64,000 nt of DNA from contig CP000068.1 of NCBI GenBank assembly GCA_000002445.1, forward strand, positions 1,248,001-1,312,000. Reading direction: 5' to 3'. The translations under genes were made by a program, and so were the position numbers. The notes below the pieces were generated by a model. The model was given only the letters and a program-made list of their open reading frames with translations, did no database searches and was not told the DNA's origin. Within the stretch, counting starts at the first letter, position 1; every line of letters starts with the position of its first letter. Below, piece after piece: positions 21,335 through 32,984 of the stretch. The stretch comes from Trypanosoma brucei (taxonomy: Eukaryota).

Positions 21335-21601
21335 TATTTTACTCTAATAATTCTTATACTTTTGAGGTACAATGCTTTTTAAACAGCCCCCAATTAAAGG
21401 CTGCGTTCAGCTTTATTAAAAAGGAGAGAGGTAGAACAAGAACGTTACGGATTTCTTTAAACAAACGAAAGGCTTCATCTATGCAGAAAACAAACATTGA
21501 CTGAGTAATATTTCAGTGACTCCGTATATCACACTTGAAACGAACAAAACTTAACGATGGTCCCCACGACGCAGCACCAACTTGAGACACCTACAATAAC
21601 C

Positions 21602-22750
21602 TCAAAGGAAACGGCCGATGAGTTCCTTGAAGGGACAATCGGGGGCGGTAACTTCATCTGCTGCTACTCTTGCAACCACAAGCTCACCACTCTGAGGTTT
21701 CCGCACCGCTGCAGGAACCGCTGGTCCCAGACCACTTGCACACACTTTCGCTACTTGAATAACACGCGCAGCGGGGAAAGTACTACAAAAGGAAGAAAAA
21801 TGAGTTACCCCGCACTCCTCACTCCTGGGTTCCTCCCTTCCAGATATCGGTTGCTCCGGATTTTTACGCAAATTCTCTAATCCTATGCGAAGTGATTCCA
21901 AGGAGCCCAACAGTGCCACGCCTATGAATCCACCAGACTCATGAAGAACAATCCCCATTGAGGACTCCACAACCTCCGGGCTACAGCCACACTCCGCATC
22001 ACGGCATCGCCACCACAGCTTTTGGACTTCCACTACAAGACCAAACAGTGGAAGCGACCTCAAAAGTAATAAAGGGTGGGGTATTTTCTCGCCACTATTT
22101 AATTTATCGTTCCATATCACACACAACCTTCTTTTGTATAGATCACGATATCTGACAACTGACGCAACGGCACCCCAAAAAAGAGTGTCGAGTCCCGCGC
22201 TTGCGGCTGAATGGTCAAAACTACCAAGTACACTAGCCTCTTTCTTCAGCATCCGTTTCCTATAACATCTCACTCGCTTCGATCCACCAGGCAGCGATTC
22301 CGCCTTAAACAGTTTAAACAAAAGAACTGCCTTAGTTATGCCGCGACAAGCTGCAAATACCTTTCTACCAGTAATTGCTCTACCAGGCGCTACGACAGAT
22401 GCCCCATGAGACATTACGGGCAAGACATTACCAACCTTGCACGAAAACAACGAGTTCTTCGGCTCAACGGAAGATTTTGCACTAACATTAGAAGGAACAA
22501 TGTATTTACAACGTTTCCTTCTTCTAAACCTAGCAGACGACCGCACATTAACGTAAAAAGGATTAACACCCCTTTTAACTGAGTTCACCAAACTATCGTG
22601 TGCCACATTTCTATTCTTCTTACGAAGCACAACAGAAGAACCATCACCCCCACAACTCCTATATAAAGAAAGTTTATCAATAATTTCATCAACAACATCA
22701 CCTACAGAACACTCATTCCCATCCTTATCAAAAACAAGAGAAGAATTCAT
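21602..22750 (-). CDS. Hypothetical protein (382 aa), basic and Cys-containing.
   Basis: Minus-strand ORF immediately downstream, transcriptionally, of the H4 array. No recognised domain. Confidence 0.4.
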   Translation of the reverse strand: MNSSLVFDKDGNECSVGDVVDEIIDKLSLYRSCGGDGSSVVLRKKNRNVAHDSLVNSVKRGVNPFYVNVRSSARFRRRKRCKYIVPSNVSAKSSVEPKNSLFSCKVGNVLPVMSHGASVVAPGRAITGRKVFAACRGITKAVLLFKLFKAESLPGGSKRVRCYRKRMLKKEASVLGSFDHSAASAGLDTLFWGAVASVVRYRDLYKRRLCVIWNDKLNSGEKIPHPLLLLRSLPLFGLVVEVQKLWWRCRDAECGCSPEVVESSMGIVLHESGGFIGVALLGSLESLRIGLENLRKNPEQPISGREEPRSEECGVTHFSSFCSTFPAARVIQVAKVCASGLGPAVPAAVRKPQSGELVVARVAADEVTAPDCPFKELIGRFL

Positions 22751-22988
22751 CTAAACAAAAAAAAATAAATAAAGAAGCTAATCGCATCTCCAGATGATCT
22801 AGTGAGGAGTGTATGGCACAGAAGGGAAGTTAAAATAAAGTAAAGTGAGAAAAATGGAAAGAAAAAAGATATATCTTTGGTGAGGCAGAGGAGGGATGTT
22901 ACCATTACGGTGTATCAACCTCCTGGCCATCTGCTATCTAAGTGCGGAGCGGCAATAACGCCGTCTCAACGAACACACGTCTTGTGCA

Positions 22989-23291
22989 TTATGCATAACC
23001 GTACAGAATCTTGCCGCGCTTGCGAAGCGCATTGACCACGTCAACAGCCGTTACAGTTTTTTTGCGGGAGTACTCAGTGTATGCCGTCGCATCACGAACA
23101 ACACCCTCCACAAATGACTTTAGCACACCACGCACCTCGTCGTAGATAACGCCAGAGATGCGTTTCACTCCACCACGGCGGGCGAGGCGGCGGATGGAAC
23201 CGCGGGTGATTCCGCGCACATTCTCACGGAGGACCTTCTTCTGGCGCTTCTGCGATCCCTTAGCCTCACCACTCTTCTTACCCTTCGCCAT
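22989..23291 (-). CDS. H4: Histone H4 (copy 1 of 10).
   Basis: 100-aa product [100 protein letters not shown], the characteristic trypanosome H4. The longer track ORF (170 aa) is upstream read-through; the true start is the internal MAKGKK. Confidence 0.95.
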   Translation of the reverse strand: MAKGKKSGEAKGSQKRQKKVLRENVRGITRGSIRRLARRGGVKRISGVIYDEVRGVLKSFVEGVVRDATAYTEYSRKKTVTAVDVVNALRKRGKILYGYA

Positions 23292-23724
23292 ATTGTATGT
23301 GCTGTTTGTGCTTGTAGTTTGCTTTCTGTACATCAGAACATACACATGTAACGTAAGAGAAAGGGATGAAGAAGGAGGAGTTGAAATGGGAATAGTAGAA
23401 TCACTAAAAGAAATGGCAGAGTGTGGTGGCACGGCACAGGCCCGCATTCGGATATTTGTGCCCGCGCAACTCACACAGAGAGATTTGTGCGGCCACAACA
23501 AGAAAATGGCACCGCAATCGCATCTCCAGATGATCTAGTGAGGAGTGTATGGCACAGAAGGGAAGTTAAAATAAAGTAAAGTGAGAAAAATGGAAAGAAA
23601 AAAGATATATCTTTGGTGAGGCAGAGGAGGGATGTTACCATTACGGTGTATCAACCTCCTGGCCATCTGCTATCTAAGTGCGGAGCGGCAACAACGCCGT
23701 CTCAACGAACACACCTCTTGTGCA

Positions 23725-24027
23725 TTATGCATAACCGTACAGAATCTTGCCGCGCTTGCGAAGCGCATTGACCACGTCAACAGCCGTTACAGTTTTTTTG
23801 CGGGAGTACTCAGTGTATGCCGTCGCATCACGAACAACACCCTCCACGAATGACTTTAGCACACCACGCACCTCGTCGTAGATAACGCCAGAGATGCGTT
23901 TCACTCCACCACGGCGGGCGAGGCGGCGGATGGAACCGCGGGTGATTCCGCGCACATTCTCACGGAGGACCTTCTTCTGGCGCTTCTGCGATCCCTTAGC
24001 CTCACCACTCTTCTTACCCTTCGCCAT
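23725..24027 (-). CDS. H4: Histone H4 (copy 2).
   Basis: Protein identical to copy 1. Carries a synonymous ttt/ttc (Phe) difference in VLKSF. Confidence 0.95.
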   Translation of the reverse strand: MAKGKKSGEAKGSQKRQKKVLRENVRGITRGSIRRLARRGGVKRISGVIYDEVRGVLKSFVEGVVRDATAYTEYSRKKTVTAVDVVNALRKRGKILYGYA

Positions 24028-24460
24028 ATTGTATGTGCTGTTTGTGCTTGTAGTTTGCTTTCTGTACATCAGAACATACACATGTAACGTAAGAGAAAGG
24101 GATGAAGAAGGAGGAGTTGAAATGGGAACAGTAGAATCACTAAAAGAAATGGCAGAGTGTGATGGCACGGCACAGGCCCGCATTCGGATATTTGTGCCCG
24201 CGCAACTCACACAGAGAGATTTGTGCGGCCACAACAAGAAAATGGCACCGCAATCGCATCTCCAGATGATCTAGTGAGGAGTGTATGGCACAGAAGGGAA
24301 GTTAAAATAAAGTAAAGTGAGAAAAATGGAAAGAAAAAAGATATATCTTTGGTGAGGCAGAGGAGGGATGTTACCATTACGGTGTATCAACCTCCTGGCC
24401 ATCTGCTATCTAAGTGCGGAGCGGCAATAACGCCGTCTCAACGAACACACGTCTTGTGCA

Positions 24461-24763
24461 TTATGCATAACCGTACAGAATCTTGCCGCGCTTGCGAAGC
24501 GCATTGACCACGTCAACAGCCGTTACAGTCTTTTTGCGGGAGTACTCAGTGTATGCCGTCGCATCACGAACAACACCCTCCACAAATGACTTTAGCACAC
24601 CACGCACCTCGTCGTAGATAACGCCAGAGATGCGTTTCACTCCACCACGGCGGGCGAGGCGGCGGATGGAACCGCGGGTGATTCCGCGCACATTCTCACG
24701 GAGGACCTTCTTCTGGCGCTTCTGCGATCCCTTAGCCTCACCACTCTTCTTACCCTTCGCCAT
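24461..24763 (-). CDS. H4: Histone H4 (copy 3).
   Basis: Protein identical. Carries a synonymous aaa/aag (Lys) difference in SRKKTV. Confidence 0.95.
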   Translation of the reverse strand: MAKGKKSGEAKGSQKRQKKVLRENVRGITRGSIRRLARRGGVKRISGVIYDEVRGVLKSFVEGVVRDATAYTEYSRKKTVTAVDVVNALRKRGKILYGYA

Positions 24764-25196
24764 ATTGTATGTGCTGTTTGTGCTTGTAGTTTGCTTTCTG
24801 TACATCAGAACATACACATGTAACGTAAGAGAAAGGGATGAAGAAGGAGGAGTTGAAATGGGAACAGTAGAATCACTAAAAGAAATGGCAGAGTGTGGTG
24901 GCACGGCACAGGCCCGCATTCGGATATTTGTGCCCGCGCAACTCACACAGAGAGATTTGTGCGGCCACAACAAGAAAATGGCACCGCAATCGCATCTCCA
25001 GATGATCTAGTGAGGAGTGTATGGCACAGAAGGGAAGTTAAAATAAAGTAAAGTGAGAAAAATGGAAAGAAAAAAGATATATCTTTGGTGAGGCAGAGGA
25101 GGGATGTTACCATTACGGTGTATCAACCTCCTGGCCATCTGCTATCTAAGTGCGGAGCGGCAACAACGCCGTCTCAACGAACACACCTCTTGTGCA

Positions 25197-25499
25197 TTAT
25201 GCATAACCGTACAGAATCTTGCCGCGCTTGCGAAGCGCATTGACCACGTCAACAGCCGTTACAGTTTTTTTGCGGGAGTACTCAGTGTATGCCGTCGCAT
25301 CACGAACAACACCCTCCACAAATGACTTTAGCACACCACGCACCTCGTCGTAGATAACGCCAGAGATGCGTTTCACTCCACCACGGCGGGCGAGGCGGCG
25401 GATGGAACCGCGGGTGATTCCGCGCACATTCTCACGGAGGACCTTCTTCTGGCGCTTCTGCGATCCCTTAGCCTCACCACTCTTCTTACCCTTCGCCAT
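25197..25499 (-). CDS. H4: Histone H4 (copy 4).
   Basis: Protein identical to copy 1. Confidence 0.95.
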   Translation of the reverse strand: MAKGKKSGEAKGSQKRQKKVLRENVRGITRGSIRRLARRGGVKRISGVIYDEVRGVLKSFVEGVVRDATAYTEYSRKKTVTAVDVVNALRKRGKILYGYA

Positions 25500-25932
25500 A
25501 TTGTATGTGCTGTTTGTGCTTGTAGTTTGCTTTCTGTACATCAGAACATACACATGTAACGTAAGAGAAAGGGATGAAGAAGGAGGAGTTGAAATGGGAA
25601 TAGTAGAATCACTAAAAGAAATGGCAGAGTGTGATGGCACGGCACAGGCCCGCATTCGGATATTTGTGCCCGCGCAACTCACACAGAGAGATTTGTGCGG
25701 CCACAACAAGAAAATGGCACCGCAATCGCATCTCCAGATGATCTAGTGAGGAGTGTATGGCACAGAAGGGAAGTTAAAATAAAGTAAAGTGAGAAAAATG
25801 GAAAGAAAAAAGATATATCTTTGGTGAGGCAGAGGAGGGATGTTACCATTACGGTGTATCAACCTCCTGGCCATCTGCTATCTAAGTGCGGAGCGGCAAT
25901 AACGCCGTCTCAACGAACACACCTCTTGTGCA

Positions 25933-26235
25933 TTATGCATAACCGTACAGAATCTTGCCGCGCTTGCGAAGCGCATTGACCACGTCAACAGCCGTTACAG
26001 TCTTTTTGCGGGAGTACTCAGTGTATGCCGTCGCATCACGAACAACACCCTCCACAAATGACTTTAGCACACCACGCACCTCGTCGTAGATAACGCCAGA
26101 GATGCGTTTCACTCCACCACGGCGGGCGAGGCGGCGGATGGAACCGCGGGTGATTCCGCGCACATTCTCACGGAGGACCTTCTTCTGGCGCTTCTGCGAT
26201 CCCTTAGCCTCACCACTCTTCTTACCCTTCGCCAT
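25933..26235 (-). CDS. H4: Histone H4 (copy 5).
   Basis: Protein identical. The upstream read-through ORF is shorter because of a spacer SNP (stop), not a CDS change. Confidence 0.95.
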   Translation of the reverse strand: MAKGKKSGEAKGSQKRQKKVLRENVRGITRGSIRRLARRGGVKRISGVIYDEVRGVLKSFVEGVVRDATAYTEYSRKKTVTAVDVVNALRKRGKILYGYA

Positions 26236-26668
26236 ATTGTATGTGCTGTTTGTGCTTGTAGTTTGCTTTCTGTACATCAGAACATACACATGTAACGTAA
26301 GAGAAAGGGATGAAGAAGGAGGAGTTGAAATGGGAATAGTAGAATCACTAAAAGAAATGGCAGAGTGTGGTGGCACGGCACAGGCCCGCATTCGGATATT
26401 TGTGCCCGCGCAACTCACACAGAGAGATTTGTGCGGCTACAACAAGAAAATGGCACCGCAATCGCATCTCCAGATGATCTAGTGAGGAGTGTATGGCACA
26501 GAAGGGAAGTTAAAATAAAGTAAAGTGAGAAAAATGGAAAGAAAAAAGATATATCTTTGGTGAGGCAGAGGAGGGATGTTACCATTACGGTGTATCAACC
26601 TCCTGGCCATCTGCTATCTAAGTGCGGAGCGGCAATAACGCCGTCTCAACGAACACACGTCTTGTGCA

Positions 26669-26971
26669 TTATGCATAACCGTACAGAATCTTGCCGCGCT
26701 TGCGAAGCGCATTGACCACGTCAACAGCCGTTACAGTCTTTTTGCGGGAGTACTCAGTGTATGCCGTCGCATCACGAACAACACCCTCCACAAATGACTT
26801 TAGCACACCACGCACCTCGTCGTAGATAACGCCAGAGATGCGTTTCACTCCACCACGGCGGGCGAGGCGGCGGATGGAACCGCGGGTGATTCCGCGCACA
26901 TTCTCACGGAGGACCTTCTTCTGGCGCTTCTGCGATCCCTTAGCCTCACCACTCTTCTTACCCTTCGCCAT
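26669..26971 (-). CDS. H4: Histone H4 (copy 6).
   Basis: Protein identical to copy 1. Confidence 0.95.
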   Translation of the reverse strand: MAKGKKSGEAKGSQKRQKKVLRENVRGITRGSIRRLARRGGVKRISGVIYDEVRGVLKSFVEGVVRDATAYTEYSRKKTVTAVDVVNALRKRGKILYGYA

Positions 26972-27404
26972 ATTGTATGTGCTGTTTGTGCTTGTAGTTT
27001 GCTTTCTGTACATCAGAACATACACATGTAACGTAAGAGAAAGGGATGAAGAAGGAGGAGTTGAAATGGGAATAGTAGAATCACTAAAAGAAATGGCAGA
27101 GTGTGATGGCACGGCACAGGCCCGCATTCGGATATTTGTGCCCGCGCAACTCACACAGAGAGATTTGTGCGGCCACAACAAGAAAATGGCACCGCAATCG
27201 CATCTCCAGATGATCTAGTGAGGAGTGTATGGCACAGAAGGGAAGTTAAAATAAAGTAAAGTGAGAAAAATGGAAAGAAAAAAGATATATCTTTGGTGAG
27301 GCAGAGGAGGGATGTTACCATTACGGTGTATCAACCTCCTGGCCATCTGCTATCTAAGTGCGGAGCGGCAATAACGCCGTCTCAACGAACACACCTCTTG
27401 TGCA

Positions 27405-27707
27405 TTATGCATAACCGTACAGAATCTTGCCGCGCTTGCGAAGCGCATTGACCACGTCAACAGCCGTTACAGTCTTTTTGCGGGAGTACTCAGTGTATGC
27501 CGTCGCATCACGAACAACACCCTCCACAAATGACTTTAGCACACCACGCACCTCGTCGTAGATAACGCCAGAGATGCGTTTCACTCCACCACGGCGGGCG
27601 AGGCGGCGGATGGAACCGCGGGTGATTCCGCGCACATTCTCACGGAGGACCTTCTTCTGGCGCTTCTGCGATCCCTTAGCCTCACCACTCTTCTTACCCT
27701 TCGCCAT
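27405..27707 (-). CDS. H4: Histone H4 (copy 7).
   Basis: Protein identical to copy 1. Confidence 0.95.
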   Translation of the reverse strand: MAKGKKSGEAKGSQKRQKKVLRENVRGITRGSIRRLARRGGVKRISGVIYDEVRGVLKSFVEGVVRDATAYTEYSRKKTVTAVDVVNALRKRGKILYGYA

Positions 27708-28140
27708 ATTGTATGTGCTGTTTGTGCTTGTAGTTTGCTTTCTGTACATCAGAACATACACATGTAACGTAAGAGAAAGGGATGAAGAAGGAGGAGTTGA
27801 AATGGGAATAGTAGAATCACTAAAAGAAATGGCAGAGTGTGATGGCACGGCACAGGCCCGCATTCGGATATTTGTGCCCGCGCAACTCACACAGAGAGAT
27901 TTGTGCGGCCACAACAAGAAAATGGCACCGCAATCGCATCTCCAGATGATCTAGTGAGGAGTGTATGGCACAGAAGGGAAGTTAAAATAAAGTAAAGTGA
28001 GAAAAATGGAAAGAAAAAAGATATATCTTTGGTGAGGCAGAGGAGGGATGTTACCATTACGGTGTATCAACCTCCTGGCCATCTGCTATCTAAGTGCGGA
28101 GCGGCAATAACGCCGTCTCAACGAACACACCTCTTGTGCA

Positions 28141-28443
28141 TTATGCATAACCGTACAGAATCTTGCCGCGCTTGCGAAGCGCATTGACCACGTCAACAGC
28201 CGTTACAGTTTTTTTGCGGGAGTACTCAGTGTATGCCGTCGCATCACGAACAACACCCTCCACAAATGACTTTAGCACACCACGCACCTCGTCGTAGATA
28301 ACGCCAGAGATGCGTTTCACTCCACCACGGCGGGCGAGGCGGCGGATGGAACCGCGGGTGATTCCGCGCACATTCTCACGGAGGACCTTCTTCTGGCGCT
28401 TCTGCGATCCCTTAGCCTCACCACTCTTCTTACCCTTCGCCAT
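28141..28443 (-). CDS. H4: Histone H4 (copy 8).
   Basis: Protein identical to copy 1. Confidence 0.95.
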   Translation of the reverse strand: MAKGKKSGEAKGSQKRQKKVLRENVRGITRGSIRRLARRGGVKRISGVIYDEVRGVLKSFVEGVVRDATAYTEYSRKKTVTAVDVVNALRKRGKILYGYA

Positions 28444-28876
28444 ATTGTATGTGCTGTTTGTGCTTGTAGTTTGCTTTCTGTACATCAGAACATACACATG
28501 TAACGTAAGAGAAAGGGATGAAGAAGGAGGAGTTGAAATGGGAATAGTAGAATCACTAAAAGAAATGGCAGAGTGTGGTGGCACGGCACAGGCCCGCATT
28601 CGGATATTTGTGCCCGCGCAACTCACACAGAGAGATTTGTGCGGCCACAACAAGAAAATGGCACCGCAATCGCATCTCCAGATGATCTAGTGAGGAGTGT
28701 ATGGCACAGAAGGGAAGTTAAAATAAAGTAAAGTGAGAAAAATGGAAAGAAAAAAGACATATCTTTGGTGAGGCAGAGGAGGGATGTTACCATTACGGTG
28801 TATCAACCTCCTGGCCATCTGCTATCTAAGTGCGGAGCGGCAATAACGCCGTCTCAACGAACACACCTCTTGTGCA

Positions 28877-29179
28877 TTATGCATAACCGTACAGAATCTT
28901 GCCGCGCTTGCGAAGCGCATTGACCACGTCAACAGCCGTTACAGTTTTTTTGCGGGAGTACTCAGTGTATGCCGTCGCATCACGAACAACACCCTCCACA
29001 AATGACTTTAGCACACCACGCACCTCGTCGTAGATAACGCCAGAGATGCGTTTCACTCCACCACGGCGGGCGAGGCGGCGGATGGAACCGCGGGTGATTC
29101 CGCGCACATTCTCACGGAGGACCTTCTTCTGGCGCTTCTGCGATCCCTTAGCCTCACCACTCTTCTTACCCTTCGCCAT
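28877..29179 (-). CDS. H4: Histone H4 (copy 9).
   Basis: Protein identical to copy 1. Confidence 0.95.
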   Translation of the reverse strand: MAKGKKSGEAKGSQKRQKKVLRENVRGITRGSIRRLARRGGVKRISGVIYDEVRGVLKSFVEGVVRDATAYTEYSRKKTVTAVDVVNALRKRGKILYGYA

Positions 29180-29612
29180 ATTGTATGTGCTGTTTGTGCT
29201 TGTAGTTTGCTTTCTGTACATCAGAACATACACATGTAACGTAAGAGAAAGGGATGAAGAAGGAGGAGTTGAAATGGGAATAGTAGAATCACTAAAAGAA
29301 ATGGCAGAGTGTGGTGGCACGGCACAGGCCCGCATTCGGATATTTGTGCCCGCGCAACTCACACAGAGAGATTTGTGCGGCCACAACAAGAAAATGGCAC
29401 CGCAATCGCATCTCCAGATGATCTAGTGAGGAGTGTATGGCACAGAAGGGAAGTTAAAATAAAGTAAAGTGAGAAAAATGGAAAGAAAAAAGATATATCT
29501 TTGGTGAGGCAGAGGAGGGATGTTACCATTACGGTGTATCAACCTCCTGGCCATCTGCTATCTAAGTGCGGAGCGGCAATAACGCCGTCTCAACGAACAC
29601 ACCTCTTGTGCA

Positions 29613-29915
29613 TTATGCATAACCGTACAGAATCTTGCCGCGCTTGCGAAGCGCATTGACCACGTCAACAGCCGTTACAGTTTTTTTGCGGGAGTACTCA
29701 GTGTATGCCGTCGCATCACGAACAACACCCTCCACAAATGACTTTAGCACACCACGCACCTCGTCGTAGATAACGCCAGAGATGCGTTTCACTCCACCAC
29801 GGCGGGCGAGGCGGCGGATGGAACCGCGGGTGATTCCGCGCACATTCTCACGGAGGACCTTCTTCTGGCGCTTCTGCGATCCCTTAGCCTCACCACTCTT
29901 CTTACCCTTCGCCAT
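29613..29915 (-). CDS. H4: Histone H4 (copy 10; the first transcribed copy, at the upstream edge of the array).
   Basis: Protein identical. The 5' flank diverges from the repeat consensus ~75 bp upstream of the ATG (TKSTYN vs TNSTYN in the read-through frame). Confidence 0.95.
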   Translation of the reverse strand: MAKGKKSGEAKGSQKRQKKVLRENVRGITRGSIRRLARRGGVKRISGVIYDEVRGVLKSFVEGVVRDATAYTEYSRKKTVTAVDVVNALRKRGKILYGYA

Positions 29916-30092
29916 ATTGTATGTGCTTTTTGTGCTTGTAGTTTGCTTTCTGTACATCAGAACATACACATGTAACGTAAGAGAAAGGGATTAAAAAAGG
30001 CATACGTGCTGTGTAGAAAGTTTCATTAATTAACTTTTTTTGATACTTATGTTTGGATTTGTTTTTTTCTTTTCGTTGCGGTATTGGTTATT

Positions 30093-32579
30093 TTATTTAC
30101 TTTTTTGTGGGGTGGGATTATTTTTTATTTTTTTTAAACGTTTTTCTTCTTTTTTCTTTTTTATTTTTTTCTTCTTTTTCTTTTCCGTTTCGAAGTTGCC
30201 GTTGTCGCTACTGCTGATGTCTTCATCTTCATTGTCTGAGAATAGTTCTCCCTTTGCTGCCTTGATAAGACGTGTGAAGGAGTCAGAGCTGTGTACGCTG
30301 ATGTCTCCATCGTCATAGTCGTTGCTGCTCTGTTGAGGGCTGTTGTCATCTGTATGATCGTCACTGTCCACTGCATCTGTCGTTCCCTTTGGTGCGCTGA
30401 TGTCTTCAAGAGCCGTTTTGCGTGAAATCTTTCCACTACGCTGAAGACGTCGAAGGCGACGAAGTTTCTTTGCTCGCTCATTATCTGCAGCGGAGTCTTG
30501 TGTAACGCGTTGTCTTAACCGTTCAGCAAATTTCTCGGGCACGTCGCCAAGGTCATTATCACTTCCACTGCCACCTTCGACATTAATACTGATGTCTTGC
30601 CCTTCATTTGCTACGCGCATATTGATTTCATCCTCTTCCGCATCGTCATCCTCATCGTAGACAACTCTCTTACTGAGGCCAAGGTCACGCACACGAAGGT
30701 CAGCAGACTCAATATACTTCCGAACCTTGCGTTTAGAAAGCCCTGCCATTCGTTCGGTAAATGTCAACTGCATCCCTTCATCCAGATGATCCTCGTTGCC
30801 TTTTTCGTGCGGCTTTTTGACTAGAAAAGGGTCATTTTTCTCTTCGTCTTCTCCGTTGATGTTTGCATCGGCAGCTAAATCAACATCCGTGCTGTCGGTT
30901 GTTGCATACCGCTGTTTCTGTTGAAGCGTGCGGAACATGTCGGAGGCAGTCAAGTGCCTTTCACGTCGTGACTTTGCATCTGCTACCTCTTTCGCGTCAC
31001 GTTTCGCCATGAAGTTAACAACATCCCACGGAAGATTCTTCGCTCCCCGCTGCAAATTCCCCAACTCTGACATGTCCGGAACCTTCATCAAACCAAGGGA
31101 ATGGGCAAATGGTGCTACATCGATAGATTTCACATCAAAAACAAGTTTATTCGCTGCAAAGTACACAGAGCGTAGATAAGCAATAAATGCCTTCTGGGCC
31201 TCATACTTGAGGCCCTGTACTACGAGTGCAACAAATATCTCCTTCGATTCCCGGAGCATTTGGGGACGTACCGCAATCTCCCGTAGTGGAATGTGCTTGT
31301 GGGCCAAAAAGGACAGCATTGGTACCTCCCGCGGGGTTAGGAAAAGTAGACTGACGCCCCGAGCACCCGCCCGCGCCGTACGACCTGCTCGATGAATATA
31401 AGTTTGAGCGCTGTCTGGACAATCGAACTGCACAGACCAGTGAATAAGTGGGAAATCAAGCCCACGTGCTGCGACATCGGTGCAAAACAGGACCGCATTC
31501 TTGCAACGACAGAACGTGAGGAATACCTCTTCACGGCGGAACTGTTTCATTTTACTAGTAAGGCACATACATGGCAGGTGCATCTTCTTCAGTATTTTAG
31601 CGAAGGCGAGATACATGTACCGCACTTGGTTGCACGTACTGACGAACACAACAAACTTGTCATTCGGGTGGCGCTTCAGGAAGAGCAGCAGTACGTCCAA
31701 CTTGCGATGCAGTTCCACAACGACGAAGTTCTGACAAAGTGTGGATGGGGTTGGGGCGGCGCACTCAGCATGCGCCGACACGTACCGTTGATTCCGCAGA
31801 GACATCTGCCCGAGCATTTGCACATCCGTTGTTTGTGTCGCCGAGAACATCAAAGTCTGACGCTGCGTTGGAAGTTGCTTGAGAATGCCACTCAGCACCT
31901 CGCGGAACCCCATGTCAAGCAGCCGATCAGCTTCGTCCATAACAAGCATTTGAAGATTATCAGTCACAAGGCTATCGTCATCCTCAAGGTGGTGCAATAC
32001 ACGACCCGGAGTCCCAACGATGATACTTATGGCGGAAACACGCTTCCGCTCCTCATTCACATCGCGACCACCGGTCAAAAGCGCGGCGGACATTACGTGC
32101 TTATAACCTACAAGTTGTAGCACCTTAAATATTTGCAATGCCAGTTCACGCGTTGGACTAAGCACAAGGGCACCAATACCCATCTCCGCCTCCCATTGTT
32201 CCACATACAGGAGTTCTAACAGAGGAACTATAAAACATAATGTCTTACCAGAACCTGTGCGGGCGGCCCCAAGGACGTCATAGCCTGCAAGCGCTAAGTG
32301 TAATGCATCACTCTGAATTGGCGTCAGGAGCTTATATCCGCCACGCTCCAAGCCAAGTTGTGTCCGCTGCGACAGAGGCAATTGATCAAAACGCGTGTAC
32401 GATATTTGTTCCGCCAGTTCTTGTTTCCCTTCATCCACAGCATCCAGCGCCGCACGCAACTCCTGGCGCTGTTTACGTAATGCCTCACCCTCAGATCGAT
32501 TTAACCGAGACCGTTCCTGTCTCTCCGCCCACCGCCGCTTCCGCGCGGTGCGCTTATCCTCCATCTGCCTTTCATCCAT
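30093..32579 (-). CDS. ATP-dependent DEAD-box RNA helicase, DDX10/Dbp4-like (nucleolar type with DUF4217-like segment and Lys-rich tail).
   Basis: Q-motif (LTPIQSDAL), motif I AARTGSGKT, motif II VMDEAD, SAT, motif VI HRAGRTARAG. Post-helicase segment KLVFDVKSIDVAPFAHSLGLMKVP. C-terminal poly-K (KKKKKKIKKKKEEKRLKK). The track ORF extends to 32663; MDERQMEDK at 32579 is the more plausible start. Confidence 0.85.
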   Translation of the reverse strand: MDERQMEDKRTARKRRWAERQERSRLNRSEGEALRKQRQELRAALDAVDEGKQELAEQISYTRFDQLPLSQRTQLGLERGGYKLLTPIQSDALHLALAGYDVLGAARTGSGKTLCFIVPLLELLYVEQWEAEMGIGALVLSPTRELALQIFKVLQLVGYKHVMSAALLTGGRDVNEERKRVSAISIIVGTPGRVLHHLEDDDSLVTDNLQMLVMDEADRLLDMGFREVLSGILKQLPTQRQTLMFSATQTTDVQMLGQMSLRNQRYVSAHAECAAPTPSTLCQNFVVVELHRKLDVLLLFLKRHPNDKFVVFVSTCNQVRYMYLAFAKILKKMHLPCMCLTSKMKQFRREEVFLTFCRCKNAVLFCTDVAARGLDFPLIHWSVQFDCPDSAQTYIHRAGRTARAGARGVSLLFLTPREVPMLSFLAHKHIPLREIAVRPQMLRESKEIFVALVVQGLKYEAQKAFIAYLRSVYFAANKLVFDVKSIDVAPFAHSLGLMKVPDMSELGNLQRGAKNLPWDVVNFMAKRDAKEVADAKSRRERHLTASDMFRTLQQKQRYATTDSTDVDLAADANINGEDEEKNDPFLVKKPHEKGNEDHLDEGMQLTFTERMAGLSKRKVRKYIESADLRVRDLGLSKRVVYDEDDDAEEDEINMRVANEGQDISINVEGGSGSDNDLGDVPEKFAERLRQRVTQDSAADNERAKKLRRLRRLQRSGKISRKTALEDISAPKGTTDAVDSDDHTDDNSPQQSSNDYDDGDISVHSSDSFTRLIKAAKGELFSDNEDEDISSSDNGNFETEKKKKKKIKKKKEEKRLKKIKNNPTPQKSK

Positions 32580-32962
32580 TAACGTTCCTTTTTGTGTGCG
32601 TGTGCTTTTCTTTCTTGCTTCCCTCACCCGCGCAGTCGGTTGGATGAAAGGGATGCAAAACAAAAAAAACGCTACAACAAAAATGCACCACGACGTATGG
32701 GGTTTAAAAAAATAACGGGAAAAGGGGAAAATATACTCAGCGAACTATTCCCAACCACAAATAGACGCGAAACGGACACAAACAAATTCGGAGCGAGCAC
32801 TCATAAACCCAAATCGATGGACACAACAAATCAAGCAGCAAAAAAAGAAAGACAATAAAAATTGTTGAATGCGGTGTCGGTATTGGGATAACTGGATAAT
32901 GAAAACATAGAGAGAAATGATGCCATGCCACAAACACGGAACAAGATGTGACGACGACACGC

Positions 32963-32984
32963 ATATATATATATATATATATAT
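32963..32984. repeat. (AT)11 microsatellite, intergenic.
   Basis: atatatatatatatatatatat, between the DDX10-like and RING genes. Confidence 0.9.

Larger units (their letters stand above)
22781..29990 (-). repeat. Tandem array of about 9.8 head-to-tail repeat units of 736 bp, each carrying one histone H4 gene plus a 433-bp spacer.
   Basis: Directly seen. ORFs recur with an exact 736-bp period (22989, 23725, 24461, 25197, 25933, 26669, 27405, 28141, 28877, 29613). Units are >99% identical. The array decays into unique sequence at ~22780 (left) and ~29990 (right). Confidence 0.95.

Noticed and set aside
22781-29990. Possibility that the 736-bp repeats are a mobile element or satellite rather than a gene array.
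   Set aside because: Each unit contains an intact, identical histone H4 CDS with only synonymous differences, and no terminal repeats or transposase. This is a classic trypanosomatid tandem gene array.
23158-29994. Recurring 126-aa + strand ORF ([25 protein letters not shown]...) present in every H4 repeat unit.
   Set aside because: It is the antisense frame of the H4 coding sequence plus spacer. It is conserved only because the unit is repeated. It has Arg/Phe-rich, antisense-typical composition and no start context. It is not a gene.
31392-32120. 242-aa + strand ORF inside the DDX10-like helicase gene.
   Set aside because: It is fully antisense to a strongly supported helicase CDS and has low-complexity composition. 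It is a typical shadow ORF.
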